From: Rickettsiales bacterium
GTDB lineage: Bacteria > Pseudomonadota > Alphaproteobacteria > Rickettsiales > SXRF01
NCBI GenBank assembly: GCA_033762715.1
Contig: JANRLL010000014.1
Coordinates: forward strand, 11,626 to 75,625
DNA: 64,000 nucleotides
Reading direction: 5' to 3'
Part shown: piece after piece, positions 31,082 to 40,177 of the stretch
Layout of the letters: each line of letters begins with the position of its first letter
Position numbering within the stretch: position 1 is the first letter of the stretch
Translations under genes and position numbers: made by a program
The notes under the pieces: generated by a model
Database searches by the model: none
The model's input: the letters and a program-made list of their open reading frames with translations, nothing else
What the model was told of the DNA's origin: nothing

Positions 31082-31588
31082 TTATAAAAACTGATGCATG
31101 ATGTAGACGTCAACGAACCCTTTGGTAGCATGCCGAAACCCTTTGGGCAAGACACCAACCACCGTAAATCCCAAAGATTTCCACAAATTAACAGCCACCT
31201 CATTGGCACTCACGACGAAATTAAATTGCATGGCTTTATAGCCTTGCTTACGCGCGTAGGACAATGCTCTTTTTCCCAGCGTGCGTGCGATCCCCAGTCG
31301 GCGATAATCAGGATGCACGATAAAGGAGGCATTGGCCACATGGTCAGCCCGGCCGGTGCGGTTAAGACGAATGGCAGCTACAGCCGCTACTTTGCCGTCA
31401 TAATCAGCGACGATGCAATGGGTGCCAGGGGCAGAAATCCAATAAGCCAGGCTGCGCTCTGGCGTCATTTCTTCTAGCGTATAAGAATAGGTTTTCCCTT
31501 CATTGAGCACGTGACAAAAAATGTCGTAGATTTCCTCAAAATCCTCAAGCCGCGCCTTGCGATATTTTATGATGTGCTTCTCGGCCAT
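31082..31588 (-). CDS. GNAT family N-acetyltransferase, intercalated between nuoC and nuoD
   Basis: 168 aa. The acetyl-CoA-binding motif region is VHPDYRRLGIARTLGKRALSYARKQGYKAMQFNFV. There are 2-nt and 3-nt gaps to the flanking nuo genes. Confidence 0.8.
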   Translation of the reverse strand: MAEKHIIKYRKARLEDFEEIYDIFCHVLNEGKTYSYTLEEMTPERSLAYWISAPGTHCIVADYDGKVAAVAAIRLNRTGRADHVANASFIVHPDYRRLGIARTLGKRALSYARKQGYKAMQFNFVVSANEVAVNLWKSLGFTVVGVLPKGFRHATKGFVDVYIMHQFL

Positions 31589-31590
31589 GG

Positions 31591-32157
31591 TTAGCTTTTA
31601 GCCTTTTCATCGCCAGGCAATGGATACTGCGCACCTTCCCATGGGCTCAAGAAATCGAAGCTGCGATAAGCCTGATTGAGTTTTACCGGCTCATACACCA
31701 CGCGCTTTTGTTCTACGTCATAACGCATCTCCACATAGCCGGTGAGCGGGAAGTCGCGGCGTTGCGGATGACCATCGAAGCCATAATCGGTAAGCAGACG
31801 GCGCAAATCCGGATGATCCGCAAACAACACGCCATACATATCCCAAATTTCACGCTCATACCACCCAGCGGCCGCGTAAATAGCCGAAGCCGACGGCACC
31901 GCGGTTTTCTCATCGGTGATGACTTTCACCATCACACGCTCGTTGCGCGTTAAGCTCAAGAGCTGATACACCACTTCAAAACGCTGGGCGCGCTCGGGGA
32001 AATCCACGCCGCTAATATCCATCAGCTGTTTGAAATCAAATTCATCGCGTAAGGAAACCAGCAATGGCAAAAGCTTATCGCCTGCCACCGTCAGCACCGT
32101 TTCACCGCGCGGTGTTTTCACGGCGGTAACCGCAAAATCTTTCAATCTGTTTTCCAT
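31591..32157 (-). CDS. nuoC: NADH-quinone oxidoreductase subunit C
   Basis: 188 aa 30-kDa subunit (GWYEREIWDMYGVLFADHPDLRRLLTDYGF). Confidence 0.94.
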   Translation of the reverse strand: MENRLKDFAVTAVKTPRGETVLTVAGDKLLPLLVSLRDEFDFKQLMDISGVDFPERAQRFEVVYQLLSLTRNERVMVKVITDEKTAVPSASAIYAAAGWYEREIWDMYGVLFADHPDLRRLLTDYGFDGHPQRRDFPLTGYVEMRYDVEQKRVVYEPVKLNQAYRSFDFLSPWEGAQYPLPGDEKAKS

Positions 32158-32166
32158 AGCCTATCC

Positions 32167-33000
32167 CTATCTTTTCGCCGCTTCGACAGCTGCTTGCTGC
32201 GGTATCGGAATTTCCGTTGTTTGCAGTGCTCTTTGTTCATCCACGCTCATGCTATAAATACGCCAACCCTTAGGCGCGGTATCATCCTGGACGAATTTAT
32301 AGATCGCCGCATTTTTAACGCCTACGCTGTGCGGCAAGCCTGCCATCTCTAGCATACGACGCACGGAGCCAGCATGGCATACCACGAGCGGTATATTATG
32401 CTCTGTACCTGAATCCCCACGCACAGCATGCTGAATCGCATCAGCAATACGAAGGCGATGGTTTTCTACCGGCTCCCACAAGCCTGTACTGCCGCGACGA
32501 TCATAGCGATGCACTTCGTTTTCAATAGCGATCGGGTTCATGTCAGCAGGCAGCGTTCCAGCTTTAATATGGGCTACCAACTGTTCTAATTTTTCGACTA
32601 CTTCTGACGGCACGCCTTCGATTTTACGACCCCAGCCATCGCCTTCTTTGATTACTTTGAGCAAACGCTCAGGGCGTGTGCGCTCATCGAGCCCCTCATC
32701 ATCACCTAAAAACATTTCACCTAGCGCTTCGTCATGCGGTAGACGGCGAACGTTCTTCAAGGTGGAAGTCACAATATCAGCCGTATCTCTAGCGCGATCC
32801 AAATCACTGGAGACCGCCACCGTAGGCGCCGGATCGAGTTGCTCTACCACCGGAATAACGCGCTCCACCCCTGCGCTGCCTTCTTCGGTCAATTGAGGGT
32901 TGCGGCCCATGCCTGACGACAAGCCCGCCAGATTATCCTCGGTTTGACCGTGGCGCATGATGTAGAAAATGATCGGTTTTTTGGGAGCTGCCTCTGTCAT
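32167..33000 (-). CDS. histidine phosphatase (phosphoglycerate mutase superfamily) protein, intercalated between nuoB and nuoC
   Basis: It carries the RHG motif (FYIMRHGQTEDN), SSDLDRARDTA and a distal catalytic His (VCHAGSVRR). The spacer between the motifs is unusually long. The start is set to ATG 32998-33000 (MTEAAPKK), 4 nt after the nuoB stop. The ORF extension to 33060 would overlap nuoB. Confidence 0.75.
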   Translation of the reverse strand: MTEAAPKKPIIFYIMRHGQTEDNLAGLSSGMGRNPQLTEEGSAGVERVIPVVEQLDPAPTVAVSSDLDRARDTADIVTSTLKNVRRLPHDEALGEMFLGDDEGLDERTRPERLLKVIKEGDGWGRKIEGVPSEVVEKLEQLVAHIKAGTLPADMNPIAIENEVHRYDRRGSTGLWEPVENHRLRIADAIQHAVRGDSGTEHNIPLVVCHAGSVRRMLEMAGLPHSVGVKNAAIYKFVQDDTAPKGWRIYSMSVDEQRALQTTEIPIPQQAAVEAAKR

Positions 33001-33004
33001 GTCA

Positions 33005-33544
33005 TTACCGGATGATCGTGCCGGTGCGACGGATTTTCTTCTGCAGCTGCAAAATTCCATACATCAGCGCTTCTGCCGTTGGCGGGCAGCCTGGCACGTA
33101 AATATCAACCGGCACAATACGGTCGCAGCCACGCACCACCGAATAGGAATAATGGTAATAGCCGCCGCCATTAGCGCAGGACCCCATCGAGATCACATAA
33201 CGCGGCTCGGCCATCTGGTCATAGACTTTGCGCAAAGCGGGCGCCATTTTGTTGCACAGCGTCCCCGCTACGATCATCACATCCGATTGGCGTGGGCTGG
33301 GTCGAAACACCAGGCCCAGGCGATCAAGGTCATAACGTGAGGCGGCTGCTTGCATCATCTCTACCGCGCAGCAGGCTAGGCCAAAAGTCATCGGCCACAG
33401 TGAGCCGGTACGCGCCCAATTCACCAGATGATCCAGCTTAGCGATGACAAAACCCTTATTGTTGAAATCATCAAAGGCGCGATTGAGCAGCGCGTCTTGC
33501 TGAGCGCCTGGGGCTAATGGGGTATTCAAGTTAGCTAGACTCAT
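33005..33544 (-). CDS. nuoB: NADH-quinone oxidoreductase subunit B
   Basis: PSST-type subunit ([53 protein letters not shown]). The track start at 33559 is a TTG. ATG 33542-33544 (MSLANL) with an AGGA SD is preferred. Confidence 0.95.
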   Translation of the reverse strand: MSLANLNTPLAPGAQQDALLNRAFDDFNNKGFVIAKLDHLVNWARTGSLWPMTFGLACCAVEMMQAAASRYDLDRLGLVFRPSPRQSDVMIVAGTLCNKMAPALRKVYDQMAEPRYVISMGSCANGGGYYHYSYSVVRGCDRIVPVDIYVPGCPPTAEALMYGILQLQKKIRRTGTIIR

Positions 33545-33568
33545 GTCACATCCTACCAAAAAATATTT

Positions 33569-33934
33569 TTATTCCCATTCGAGGGCGCCTTTTTTCCACT
33601 CGTAAATGAAACCAATCGTCAGAATAAACAAAAATCCCATCATCGACCAAAAGCCCACCGCTCCTATTTCGCCAAGCGATATGGACCATGGGAAGAGAAA
33701 TGCAACTTCGAGATCGAAGATAATGAATAAAATGGCAACGAGGTAAAAGCGCACATCGAATTTGCCGCGAGCATCGCCGAACGCTTCAAAGCCGCATTCA
33801 TAGGCAGACAACTTTTCCGTATCGGGCTTTTGGCGGGCGATGACCATGGGCAGAAACAGCATGACTACAGACAGCACCATGGCAATAGCTAAAAAAACCA
33901 GGATGGGGAAATAGTTAGCGACGACAGATTCCAT
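33569..33934 (-). CDS. nuoA: NADH-quinone oxidoreductase subunit A
   Basis: 121 aa with three TM segments ([32 protein letters not shown]). First gene of the operon. Confidence 0.94.
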   Translation of the reverse strand: MESVVANYFPILVFLAIAMVLSVVMLFLPMVIARQKPDTEKLSAYECGFEAFGDARGKFDVRFYLVAILFIIFDLEVAFLFPWSISLGEIGAVGFWSMMGFLFILTIGFIYEWKKGALEWE

Positions 33935-34234
33935 TACAATAGGCCCCGTGAGAGAAAGTTGATTTTTTATATCAGTTTTGAATCCGGCATAAAGTGAATT
34001 CTTACCATATAAATCAGAAAAATAGCCAGTTGCGAATGACTATTAACTTATCCCAATCCATGCTTCATAAGTTAGGCGCAGATCGTGCCAGCAGCGCAAG
34101 AAAAAACCCGATGCATCACTATGCCCTACATAGTATAAAAAACCTGTAGTGGCTTATACGTGTCGCAGAGTGTGAGAATAACGGAAAAACAACGAGCATC
34201 TGTACATTCTCACGGCAAGCCATACGATAGAAAC

Positions 34235-34264
34235 TAAAAAAAGCGCCACAAGGGCGCTTTCTTT
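34235..34264 (-). terminator. rho-independent terminator after the tRNA-Val/tRNA-Asp pair
   Basis: The minus strand reads aaagaAAGCGCCcttgtGGCGCTttttttt, a 6-bp GC stem followed by a T7 run. It begins 7 nt downstream of tRNA-Asp. Confidence 0.7.
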
Positions 34265-34270
34265 AGTTAG

Positions 34271-34347
34271 TGGCGGGAGTGACGGGACTCGAACCCGCGG
34301 CCTTCGCCGTGACAGGGCGACGCTCTAACCAACTGAGCTACACCCCC
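34271..34347 (-). tRNA. tRNA-Asp (anticodon GTC)
   Basis: The reverse complement is GGGGGTGTAGCTCAGTTGGTTAGAGCGTCGCCCTGTCACGGCGAAGGCCGCGGGTTCGAGTCCCGTCACTCCCGCCA. It folds by hand into a cloverleaf with acceptor GGGGGTG/CACTCCC, anticodon loop CT-GTC-AC, T-loop TTCGAGT and an encoded CCA. Confidence 0.9.
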
Positions 34348-34416
34348 GCATATGAATCTGTCTAAGATGAGCGCTAGCAGGCGCATAGCCAAGACAGGGT
34401 AGGCATCTCTGGAGAC

Positions 34417-34492
34417 TGGTGGGCGATGAGAGACTCGAACTCCCGACACCCTCGGTGTAAACGAGGTGCTCTACCAACTGAGCTAATCGCCC
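34417..34492 (-). tRNA. tRNA-Val (anticodon TAC)
   Basis: The reverse complement is GGGCGATTAGCTCAGTTGGTAGAGCACCTCGTTTACACCGAGGGTGTCGGGAGTTCGAGTCTCTCATCGCCCACCA. The acceptor is GGGCGAT/ATCGCCC, the anticodon stem is CCTCG/CGAGG with loop TT-TAC-AC, and CCA is encoded. Confidence 0.9.
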
Positions 34493-34551
34493 CAACGTCC
34501 AGAGAAAAGGGCTTTTACTCTGTTTTAAGGATGTTGGCAATACAGTCTTTT

Positions 34552-34587
34552 AAAAAAAGAAACGCCCGAAGTTTCCTTCAGGCGTTC
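34552..34587 (-). terminator. rho-independent terminator of hup
   Basis: The minus strand reads AACGCCtGAAGgaaaCTTCgGGCGTTtcttttttt, about 28 nt after the hup stop. Confidence 0.7.
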
Positions 34588-34614
34588 TAGTCTCTTGCTC
34601 AATAAAAAGAAGTA

Positions 34615-34914
34615 TTAAGCAGCTTTGCGGCTGGATTTTTTGTTCACAACTTCGCTCAAAGCTTTACCCGCTTTGAATTTTGGTTTGTTCGAAGCTGGGA
34701 TTTTGATCACAGCGCCGGTACGAGGGTTGCGGCCTTCGGTTGCTTTGCGGTGAACAACGCTGAAGGTACCGAAACCAACGAGACGTACTTCTTCACCTTT
34801 AGAAAGAGCTTTGGTCACTACTGCGATGAACGCATCGATAGCTTCAGCTGCTTTTGCTTTGGTGAGTTCTGCTTTATCTGCCACTTCGGCGATCAGTTCA
34901 TTTTTATTGGTCAT
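34615..34914 (-). CDS. hup: DNA-binding protein HU
   Basis: 99 aa with the classic HU signature (MTNKNELIAEVA..., GFGTFSVVHRKATEGRNPRTGAVIKIPASNKPKFKAGKAL) and a short basic C-terminal tail. Confidence 0.95.
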   Translation of the reverse strand: MTNKNELIAEVADKAELTKAKAAEAIDAFIAVVTKALSKGEEVRLVGFGTFSVVHRKATEGRNPRTGAVIKIPASNKPKFKAGKALSEVVNKKSSRKAA

Positions 34915-35160
34915 TTGGTCAACTCCCTAGTTGCTTTGTTTAAGGTTTCATTAGTTGATCACTTGTAGAAGGAAGGAGTCGGATACGGCTCACAGCCTCG
35001 GTTACAAGCTACGTTGAGCAATCAAGCACGGAAAAAGTGACTTGTAAACAGCAATTCGTAACTTTTTTGTAAAAAAAACGCTTGGAAGGCCGCTGCTACA
35101 TTGAATTCAACGTCAAATTTATGCGAAATTCTCTGAAAAAACAAACACAACGATCGCTGG

Positions 35161-35196
35161 AAACCAAAAGCCAGAGCCACTTTCGTGACTCTGGCT
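35161..35196 (-). terminator. rho-independent terminator of clpX
   Basis: A hairpin GCCAGAG-N12-CTCTGGC is followed, on the minus strand, by TTTTGGTTT. It lies about 40 nt after the clpX stop. Confidence 0.6.
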
Positions 35197-35233
35197 TTTT
35201 CTGTCTTCAATCGCGAAATTGTGCTAAAAAAAC

Positions 35234-36499
35234 TTAACTTGGTTTTTTGCTTTCGCGTTTTTGTTCGGAGTAAACGATCACCGGAGGTGCATTATTATCA
35301 ATCGTATCGGCATTGATAATCACTTCTTCCACATTATTCATGCTAGGCAGATCATACATCAGGTCAAGCAGATTGCCTTCGAGAATAGCACGCAAACCAC
35401 GCGCACCAGTCTTGCGTTTGATGGCCTTGCGAGCCACTGCTTTGAGCGCATCATCTGAGAAGCGCAGGCGAACGCCTTCCATCTCAAACAGCTTGCCATA
35501 TTGTTTCACCAATGCGTTCTTCGGTTCGGTCAGAATCGAAATCAGCGCTGCTTCATCCAGATCTAATAAGGTAGCGATTACCGGCAGACGGCCTACGAAC
35601 TCAGGAATCAAGCCGAACTTCAGCAGATCTTCTGGCTCTACGACCGCAAGCAATTCACCCACACGTTGATTCTCTTGGCTGCGTACGTCTGCGCCAAAAC
35701 CAATCGCTGTGCCTTTGCCGCGTGCAGCAATAATTTTTTCCAAGCCTGCGAATGCACCGCCCACAATAAACAAGATGTTTGCGGTATCGACTTGCAGAAA
35801 TTCTTGTTGCGGATGTTTGCGGCCACCTTGTGGCGGAACGCTAGCAACCGTGCCTTCCATGATTTTGAGCAACGCTTGTTGCACACCCTCACCCGATACG
35901 TCACGGGTGATGGATGGGTTATCCGACTTACGAGAAATCTTATCCACCTCGTCGATATAGACGATACCACGTTGCGCACGCTCCACATTATAGTCAGCCG
36001 CTTGCAGCAAGCGCAGAATGATATTTTCTACGTCCTCGCCCACATAGCCCGCTTCGGTCAGTGTCGTAGCATCGGCCATGGTGAAAGGCACATCGAGAAT
36101 GCGTGCCAAGGTTTGCGCCAGCAGGGTTTTACCCGAGCCGGTTGGGCCAATGAGCAGGATGTTCGATTTAGCAAGCTCAACGTCAGAGTTCTTCTCCAGC
36201 ATCGATACGCGCTTATAATGGTTGTGTACGGCAACCGACAATACGCGCTTGGCTTTATCCTGGCCGATAACATAGTCATCCAACACTTTGCGAATGTCGG
36301 CTGGTTTTGGAATATCATCGCCTTCTTTCGCCAGCACACCTTTATCCGCAGCGCGGATAATATCCATGCACAGCACCACGCATTCATCGCAGATAAATAC
36401 GGTGGGGCCGGCAATCAGTTTGCGCACTTCATGTTCGCTCTTGCCGCAGAATGAACAATAGCGTGTATTTTTTGATTCTCTTCCGCCTGTTTTACTCAC
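35234..36499 (-). CDS. clpX: ATP-dependent Clp protease ATP-binding subunit ClpX
   Basis: 421 aa. It has the N-terminal zinc finger [26 protein letters not shown], Walker A GPTGSGKT and Walker [13 protein letters not shown] start with a GAGG SD. Confidence 0.97.
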   Translation of the reverse strand: MSKTGGRESKNTRYCSFCGKSEHEVRKLIAGPTVFICDECVVLCMDIIRAADKGVLAKEGDDIPKPADIRKVLDDYVIGQDKAKRVLSVAVHNHYKRVSMLEKNSDVELAKSNILLIGPTGSGKTLLAQTLARILDVPFTMADATTLTEAGYVGEDVENIILRLLQAADYNVERAQRGIVYIDEVDKISRKSDNPSITRDVSGEGVQQALLKIMEGTVASVPPQGGRKHPQQEFLQVDTANILFIVGGAFAGLEKIIAARGKGTAIGFGADVRSQENQRVGELLAVVEPEDLLKFGLIPEFVGRLPVIATLLDLDEAALISILTEPKNALVKQYGKLFEMEGVRLRFSDDALKAVARKAIKRKTGARGLRAILEGNLLDLMYDLPSMNNVEEVIINADTIDNNAPPVIVYSEQKRESKKPS

Positions 36500-36531
36500 G
36501 TGATGCCTCGGCTTTCATTCTAACTACTATA

Positions 36532-37182
36532 TTATGCGTCTTTTTTCTTCGGAGCTGGCTCTTCGGAAGGAGACGAACGTTTATCGATAATATGGTCAAC
36601 CAGACCAAATTCTTTTGCTTGCTCCGCATTCATAAAATTATCGCGTTCCATGTTCTTTTCAATGTGCGATAGTTTTTGCCCAGTATGTTTCACATATATC
36701 TGGTTGAGGCGCGCTTTCAAGCTCAAGATTTCTTTTGCGTGAATTTCGATATCGGTTGCTTGACCTTGGAAGCCACCGGATGGTTGGTGGATCATGATAC
36801 GCGAATTAGGAAGCGTGTAACGCATGCCTGCTTCACCGGCCGCAAGCAAGAGCGATCCCATGGATGCTGCTTGGCCGATACACAAGGTCGATACTTTCGG
36901 ACGAATATACTGCATCGTATCATACATCGCCAAACCTGATGTCACCACACCACCGGGTGAATTGATGTACATGAAGATTTCTTTGTCAGGATTTTCTGAC
37001 TCCAAAAATAGCAGCTGTGCACATACCAATGAGGACATGTTATCATTGACCGGGCCCACCACAAAAATGATGCGCTCTTTAAGTAGGCGCGAATAGATAT
37101 CAAACGAGCGCTCACCACGGCTGGTTTGCTCGATCACCATCGGCACCAAAAGATTGCTATATGTTTCTAGAATGTCGGCCAT
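36532..37182 (-). CDS. clpP: ATP-dependent Clp protease proteolytic subunit
   Basis: 216 aa. It has the catalytic Ser context [14 protein letters not shown] and His context [10 protein letters not shown], plus a short basic/acidic C-terminal tail. Confidence 0.97.
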   Translation of the reverse strand: MADILETYSNLLVPMVIEQTSRGERSFDIYSRLLKERIIFVVGPVNDNMSSLVCAQLLFLESENPDKEIFMYINSPGGVVTSGLAMYDTMQYIRPKVSTLCIGQAASMGSLLLAAGEAGMRYTLPNSRIMIHQPSGGFQGQATDIEIHAKEILSLKARLNQIYVKHTGQKLSHIEKNMERDNFMNAEQAKEFGLVDHIIDKRSSPSEEPAPKKKDA

Positions 37183-37283
37183 AATTGTGTCCTATTTGTT
37201 AGTATGATATTGACGGTATAAATCATCTGTAGTCGCCAATAGTTAATTAATCATTAGCGGATCAATTGTTGTCACGCTAGTAT

Positions 37284-37322
37284 AAAAAAAACATCCCAGT
37301 CATACGACTGGGATGTTTTTTT
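37284..37322 (-). terminator. rho-independent terminator of tig (hairpin flanked by A/T runs on both sides)
   Basis: The sequence is aaaaaaaACATCCCAGTCatacGACTGGGATGTttttttt, an 11-bp perfect stem. It lies between the tig stop (37350) and the clpP start. Confidence 0.8.
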
Positions 37323-37349
37323 GTGCCTCATCATAAAAATATCGTAAAT

Positions 37350-38765
37350 TTATTCGTCGGACGCTTTCTTTTTAGCCTTAGTCTTTTTAGCGTCTTCACC
37401 GGCCTCAGACTTAGATGCTTTGGCTTTTTTGCCTTTAGCAGGCTTTGCGCCCTCTTCTTCTGCTTTGAGCAAATCAGCAGCAGAAATAGTTTTATCTTCA
37501 AACGCCACTTTGGTCAGAATCAAGTCTACGGCTTTTTCTTCCAAGATCGGGCCACGCATATCTTCTACATGTTCCGGATGGTTACGATAGAATTCGAGCA
37601 CCTGTTTTTCTTGGCCTGGGAACTGTCCCGCCTGTTGCATAACAGCACGCCCCAGCTCTTCACGGGTCACCTGGATATTATTGCGGTTGCCAGTTTCAGC
37701 GAGGATAATGCCTAGCTTCACGCGGCGTTTAGCAATCTCCATATATTCTTCTTTCAGCTCTTCGTCGCTTTTGCCAACCAGTGATTCGTCACCTTCGGCT
37801 TTGGCTTGCTGCAGGCGCTCCCAAATGGTGTTGAATTCCATTTCCACCATGCTAGGCGGTAATTCCACCTCATAGGTTTCATCCAGCAGATCGAATAAAT
37901 CTTTCTTCAGCTGTTGGCGAATCACCTGATCATATTCGCGTACCAATTGGGTACGAACCGCTTCATGCAGCGCTGGCAGATCGGCAAAGCCACGCGCTTT
38001 AGCAAACTCTTCGTCAATTACCGGCAGTGTTTTGTCATGAATTTCTTTCACGGTCACGGCAAAGCTTGCTGGTTTTCCAGCCAGGCTTTGACTGTGATAT
38101 TCTTTCGGGAAGGTCACGTTAACTTGACGCGCTTCGCCTTCTTTAGCACCTTCCAGCTGTGCTTCAAAACCCTCGATGAACTGGCCACTGCCAAGTTCTA
38201 AGCGGAAATCTTTAGCGGTGCCGCCATCGAATAGTTTGCCGTCAACACTGCCTTCAAAATCAATGATGACCACGTTGCCGGATTTGGCTTTGCTGCCTTC
38301 TTTCGCGCGTTCCACCTGTGGGGTACGCTCAGAAATACGCTTAAGCGCATCTTCAATATCAGCTTCGGTAATTTCCACTACATGACGAGGCAGTTTAATT
38401 TTGTCGAATTTCAATTCAGGTACTTCAGGAAAAGCTTCCAGAGCGATCGTGAAGCTTAAGTCACCGCCTTCTTTATATTCATCGATGTTGATGCTTGGCT
38501 GGGTCGCTGGGCGAATTTTACGCTCTTTCAACAAGTCGTTGGTTGAGTTGTTGATGACTTGACGCACCACATCAGCTTCGACGCTTTTGCCGTAGCGTTG
38601 CTTGAGCACGTTCATTGGAATAAAGCCTGGGCGGAAACCAGGAATTTTGACTTTCTCGCCGGCTTCTTTCAGCTGCGCTTCCATTTGGGTTTCGACCTGT
38701 GCTTGTGGCACAGTGATTTTATAGCTGCGCTTGAGGCCTTTGGATTCCAATTCGGTGACTTGCAT
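37350..38765 (-). CDS. tig: trigger factor
   Basis: 471 aa. The N-terminal ribosome-binding region (KIPGFRPGFIPMNVLKQRYG) and a central FKBP-like PPIase are present. A long K/A/E-rich C-terminal tail is unusual. Confidence 0.93.
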   Translation of the reverse strand: MQVTELESKGLKRSYKITVPQAQVETQMEAQLKEAGEKVKIPGFRPGFIPMNVLKQRYGKSVEADVVRQVINNSTNDLLKERKIRPATQPSINIDEYKEGGDLSFTIALEAFPEVPELKFDKIKLPRHVVEITEADIEDALKRISERTPQVERAKEGSKAKSGNVVIIDFEGSVDGKLFDGGTAKDFRLELGSGQFIEGFEAQLEGAKEGEARQVNVTFPKEYHSQSLAGKPASFAVTVKEIHDKTLPVIDEEFAKARGFADLPALHEAVRTQLVREYDQVIRQQLKKDLFDLLDETYEVELPPSMVEMEFNTIWERLQQAKAEGDESLVGKSDEELKEEYMEIAKRRVKLGIILAETGNRNNIQVTREELGRAVMQQAGQFPGQEKQVLEFYRNHPEHVEDMRGPILEEKAVDLILTKVAFEDKTISAADLLKAEEEGAKPAKGKKAKASKSEAGEDAKKTKAKKKASDE

Positions 38766-38847
38766 ACGATTCTCTTGTTGTGGTTTTATTTAAGGGACCT
38801 AAGGGAAAACCATAACCAGAGACAAAAGGCAAATAAAATATGTGCGG

Positions 38848-39987
38848 CTATTTCTTAGCCGGACCTTGGTTTGTTTGTTGTTGCGGCAGATAAGAAGGGC
38901 TTAATGTAATAAATGCCGAATCTGCAACAATGCCCTCATCATTTCGATTTGATACAGGCGTAACGCGCTCAGCCGCTTGGAGAATTTTATCGCCCACGCC
39001 TTGCGTATTGTGATTAAAGCTGCCTGTTACCTGGCGCACTTCTATTTCACCGGAGGCATTGGTGGTGGAAACCTGGATATTAGTCAGCGTGCCGTCGGAC
39101 GCTTTATTAGCAAAGACGATCGGGCCTAAATTACCCTTATCATCCGCTTGCGGCGCCATGAGCACATAATTGTCACCGCCTGCTGCTTTGCTTAAAATAT
39201 TTTGCAGGCGTCCGGCATTTTCTGCACCGGCAATCACCGATATATCCTGCTTGCTGATGTCTTTGTCTTTCACTGCTTGAATATAAGCCTGGCGCGCGCG
39301 CTCAAGCGCTTCAGGTGTGCTGGCATCTACGCCTGCACTACCGCTGGTCGAAGGCGGCGCACTAATATTTTGCTGCATGCGGCCGACTAGGTCTTTCGCG
39401 CCGGCTTCATCTTTTCCTAAGAAATTCGCAAGCCCTCGACCGGCATTTTCCATCGCCAGCTCCGAGCGCGCCTGGTCAACGCTCTTGCTATCACCCGTTA
39501 AAGTATCTTTCATGGATTTAAGCCAGGGCGCCAGCCAATCTGAACCGCTAGAAAGGGCGGCGTCTTTGATGTTGCCTTTGAGCGCATCCCAGATGCTACC
39601 TAAAAAACTACCGCCGCTCATGGTTGCCATCACGGCATTAAAAATCAATGATAACGGGTTAAGTGCTTTGAAGGCATCGCCCAGCACCTGCCAGAAGCTT
39701 TTCGGCGGCACACCTTTTTCAGCTGCTTCGTAGCTTTGGGTTTTTAAACTGGCGATACTGTCATCAATGAATTTCTGATTGCCCTTGGCGTTTTCGAAGA
39801 TGGTATTGATTTTATCGGAGAACGGATTGGCCTTAAATTTAGCCTGCTCCGCATCCATTTCCGATTGCGTAGCATAGGCCGCCGCCCCCTGCGCTAGCTT
39901 TTGCTTAAGCGCCAGCGCTTCATCAATCTGCGCATCGATCCATTGTTTACTTGGAGCGCGCTGTGCGGGTTGTAGTCCTGGTTCCAT
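38848..39987 (-). CDS. hypothetical protein (379 aa), no recognised domain
   Basis: ATG start with an AAGG SD. The N-terminal third is helical. One hydrophobic segment (FKALNPLSLIFNAVMATMSGGSFLGSIW) and S/G/A-rich linkers follow. There is no signal peptide. It lies between tig and the tRNA-Leu locus. Confidence 0.65.
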   Translation of the reverse strand: MEPGLQPAQRAPSKQWIDAQIDEALALKQKLAQGAAAYATQSEMDAEQAKFKANPFSDKINTIFENAKGNQKFIDDSIASLKTQSYEAAEKGVPPKSFWQVLGDAFKALNPLSLIFNAVMATMSGGSFLGSIWDALKGNIKDAALSSGSDWLAPWLKSMKDTLTGDSKSVDQARSELAMENAGRGLANFLGKDEAGAKDLVGRMQQNISAPPSTSGSAGVDASTPEALERARQAYIQAVKDKDISKQDISVIAGAENAGRLQNILSKAAGGDNYVLMAPQADDKGNLGPIVFANKASDGTLTNIQVSTTNASGEIEVRQVTGSFNHNTQGVGDKILQAAERVTPVSNRNDEGIVADSAFITLSPSYLPQQQTNQGPAKK

Positions 39988-40177
39988 GTAGCCTTAAGGC
40001 TCCGTTAAACAGAGTTTTTCACTCTTTAATGCTAGCATAATTGTATGACTACAGTGTTAAACTTTAATGACAAGCCCTAAAGCGGCATCGTATCCAAATA
40101 TGACAGCATCCAATATATTGATATTTATATATTATTTTCAGTTGCAAGCACGAGAGTCGTGTAAATGGGGTGTTTTC

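Noticed and set aside
34267-34540. ORFs overlapping tRNA genes (34267-34449 and 34325-34540; also 40064-40294 and 40196-40393).
   Set aside because: They are read-throughs of tRNA-Asp, tRNA-Val and tRNA-Leu sequences and are not protein-coding.
35022-35210. 62-codon ORF in the clpX-hup gap.
   Set aside because: It has a TTG start and no SD. The sequence is Phe/Ala/Lys-rich and repetitive, and it overlaps the clpX terminator hairpin. Most likely non-coding.
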